Below, one piece after another: positions 62,741 to 64,000 of a stretch of 64,000 nt of DNA (within the stretch, counting starts at the first letter, position 1; each line of letters opens with the position of its first letter). The position numbers and the translations under genes were made by a program. The notes beneath the pieces were generated by a model. That model had not been told where the DNA came from. It searched no databases and was given only the letters and a program-made list of their open reading frames with translations. Location of the stretch: NCBI GenBank assembly GCA_034429215.1, contig DAOUGI010000126.1, positions 49,213-113,212 of the forward strand, in the 5' to 3' direction. This stretch comes from Anaerolineae bacterium (GTDB taxonomy: Bacteria > Chloroflexota > Anaerolineae > JAAYZQ01).

Positions 62741-62811
62741 TTCCCCCCACCCCACCCTGTCCCCCTTCGGGTGGCACCGTACAGCGGTCTCCCCCCTGGG
62801 GAGAGGGCTAG
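62741..62811. repeat. GC-rich repeat family B in the spacer 5' of MttB paralog 4
   Basis: TTCCCCCCACCCCACCCTGTCCCCCTTCGGGTGGCACCGTACAGCGGTCTCCCCCCTGGGGAGAGGGCTAG. Confidence 0.65.
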
Positions 62812-63746
62812 ACCTCTCCCACTTTTTTGAGCACTTTGTGCGGGTCAAAGGCGTCGCGCAGGCCGTCGCCGATATAGTTGGCCGAGATGATGGTCAGAAA
62901 GATCATCAGGCCGGGAAAGATGGCCAGCCAAGGGTACTTGGTCAGGTACTCTTGGGCGTTGCTCAGCAGGTTGCCCCAGCTCGGCGTGGGGGGCTGGATG
63001 CCAAAGCCCAGGAAGCTCAGCCCTGACTCTTCGATGATGGCATAGCCCAGCCCCAAAGTGGCTTCGACGATGATGGGGCCGATGGCGTTGGGCAGGATGT
63101 GGGTGACGATGAGCCGGCGGTTCGAGGCCCCCACGCAGCGGGCGGCGGTGACGAAATCCATCTCGCGGATGGTGAGAAAGGCGGCGCGGACCAGCCGGGC
63201 GAAGGTCATCCACGACAGCGCGCCTATCACCAGGCCGATGGTGAGGACGTTGTTCCGCTCGAACAGCGGGGCGTCGACCTCGCGCAGGATGGCGCTGAGC
63301 AGGATCAGGACAAGGAACGCCGGCAGGGAGAGAAAGATGTCGGTCAGGCGCATCAGGATGGTGTCCACCCGCCCACCGTAAAAGCCGGCCACCGCGCCTA
63401 TGGGCACACCGATGGCCAGCGAGATGGCGACGACAAGAAGGCCGACCAGCAGGGAAATGCGCCCGCCATAGAGCACCCGGGTCAGCAGATCGCGGCCGAG
63501 GGCATCGGCGCCCATGGGGTGCTGCCAGGAAGGCGGCTGGAAGCGGGCCGAGAGGTCGGAGATTTCCGGATCGTAGGGCGATAGGGAGGCCAGGAGAACG
63601 GCCAGGGTGAGCAGGCCCAGGACGATGGCTCCGACGATGGCCCCGGGGTGGCGGCGGAAGCGGCGCCAGACGCTCATGCTCCCGCTGCGGGCGCTAACCC
63701 GAGAGGTTTCCGAGGCGATGTTTGCCGGGGCGGTAGATTGAGACAT
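62808..63746 (-). CDS. Peptide/opine-type ABC transporter permease (DppC/OppC family)
   Basis: N-terminal OppC-type segment and the binding-protein-dependent transport motif region ...ARCVGASNRRLIVTHILPNAIGPIIV.... Confidence 0.85.
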   Translation of the reverse strand: MSQSTAPANIASETSRVSARSGSMSVWRRFRRHPGAIVGAIVLGLLTLAVLLASLSPYDPEISDLSARFQPPSWQHPMGADALGRDLLTRVLYGGRISLLVGLLVVAISLAIGVPIGAVAGFYGGRVDTILMRLTDIFLSLPAFLVLILLSAILREVDAPLFERNNVLTIGLVIGALSWMTFARLVRAAFLTIREMDFVTAARCVGASNRRLIVTHILPNAIGPIIVEATLGLGYAIIEESGLSFLGFGIQPPTPSWGNLLSNAQEYLTKYPWLAIFPGLMIFLTIISANYIGDGLRDAFDPHKVLKKVGEV

Positions 63747-63756
63747 GGTGAGAGCC

Positions 63757-64000
63757 CTAATCGTAGCGGATCCGGGGATCGACGACGGCGTAGAGGACGT
63801 CGGCCAGGAGGTTGGACAGGATGATGGCCGCGGCGCCGATGATCAGGACGGCCAGCAGGACGGGATAGTCGCGCTGGAGGGCCGACTGGTAGTAGAGGCG
63901 GCCCATGCCGGGCCAGGAGAAGATCATCTCGACAAAGACGGTGCCGCCGATGAGGTAGGGCAGGTCCAGGGCAAGGAGGGTCACCAGGGGGATGACCGCG
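63757..64000 (-). CDS. Peptide/opine-type ABC transporter permease (DppB/OppB family), C-terminal part; gene runs off the window
   Basis: ...ETIFSWPGMGRLYYQSALQRDYPVLLAV...LLADVLYAVVDPRIRYD. The reading frame is open to position 64000. Confidence 0.8.
   Translation of the reverse strand, partial: AVIPLVTLLALDLPYLIGGTVFVEMIFSWPGMGRLYYQSALQRDYPVLLAVLIIGAAAIILSNLLADVLYAVVDPRIRYD

Overview
GC-rich, densely packed bacterial chromosomal segment with about 55 protein genes. I saw no rRNA, tRNA or CRISPR array by eye. DUF11-type secreted proteins, near-consensus sigma70 promoters and several families of short GC-rich intergenic repeats resemble filamentous Chloroflexota, but that taxonomy is only an inference.

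Layout:
- (1) 0-11.4 kb: sortase, PGRP/amidase-domain protein, purB, C-N hydrolase, a 1140-aa Kelch+S8 subtilase and a 729-aa secreted protein.
- (2) 11.5-25.2 kb, minus strand: glutaredoxin-like protein, SAM methyltransferase, a 2054-aa thioester alpha-2-macroglobulin, NUDIX, Mth938-like protein, selB, coiled-coil protein, phoU and a TPR+YkuD L,D-transpeptidase.
- (3) 25.4-37.8 kb, envelope glycan locus: rmd-gmd-phosphomannomutase (GDP-D-rhamnose route), tatD, polyprenyl synthase, GT2 and GT4. These are followed by an IS4-family element with a frameshifted transposase, a Met-rich lipoprotein, a GT39-like protein and a PHP phosphatase.
- (4) 37.9-47.3 kb: small membrane proteins, MaoC, dCMP deaminase, aminotransferase, sugar nucleotidyltransferase, gatC-gatA, GAF histidine kinase, and a lower-GC GNAT gene next to a peptidase S41 relic.
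- (5) 47.4-51.8 kb: tandem-HTH MerR, RibD_C-like gene and ABC-2 exporter operon.
- (6) 52-55.5 kb: secreted DUF11 protein, GNAT, PadR and a His/Cys-rich DUF5320-like protein.
- (7) 55.5-64 kb, minus strand: Opp/Dpp-type permeases, then four MttB-superfamily methyltransferase paralogs interleaved with a saccharopine-dehydrogenase-family gene.

Most interesting observations:
- The four-paralog non-Pyl MttB cluster has no corrinoid partner in view.
- Three secreted proteins share a short C-terminal R-x-x-LP-h-h-x-K tail.
- A fused double-HTH MerR lies next to three direct 12-13 nt repeats and a structured leader.
- At least three dispersed short repeat families occur, some supplying start or stop codons to flanking genes.
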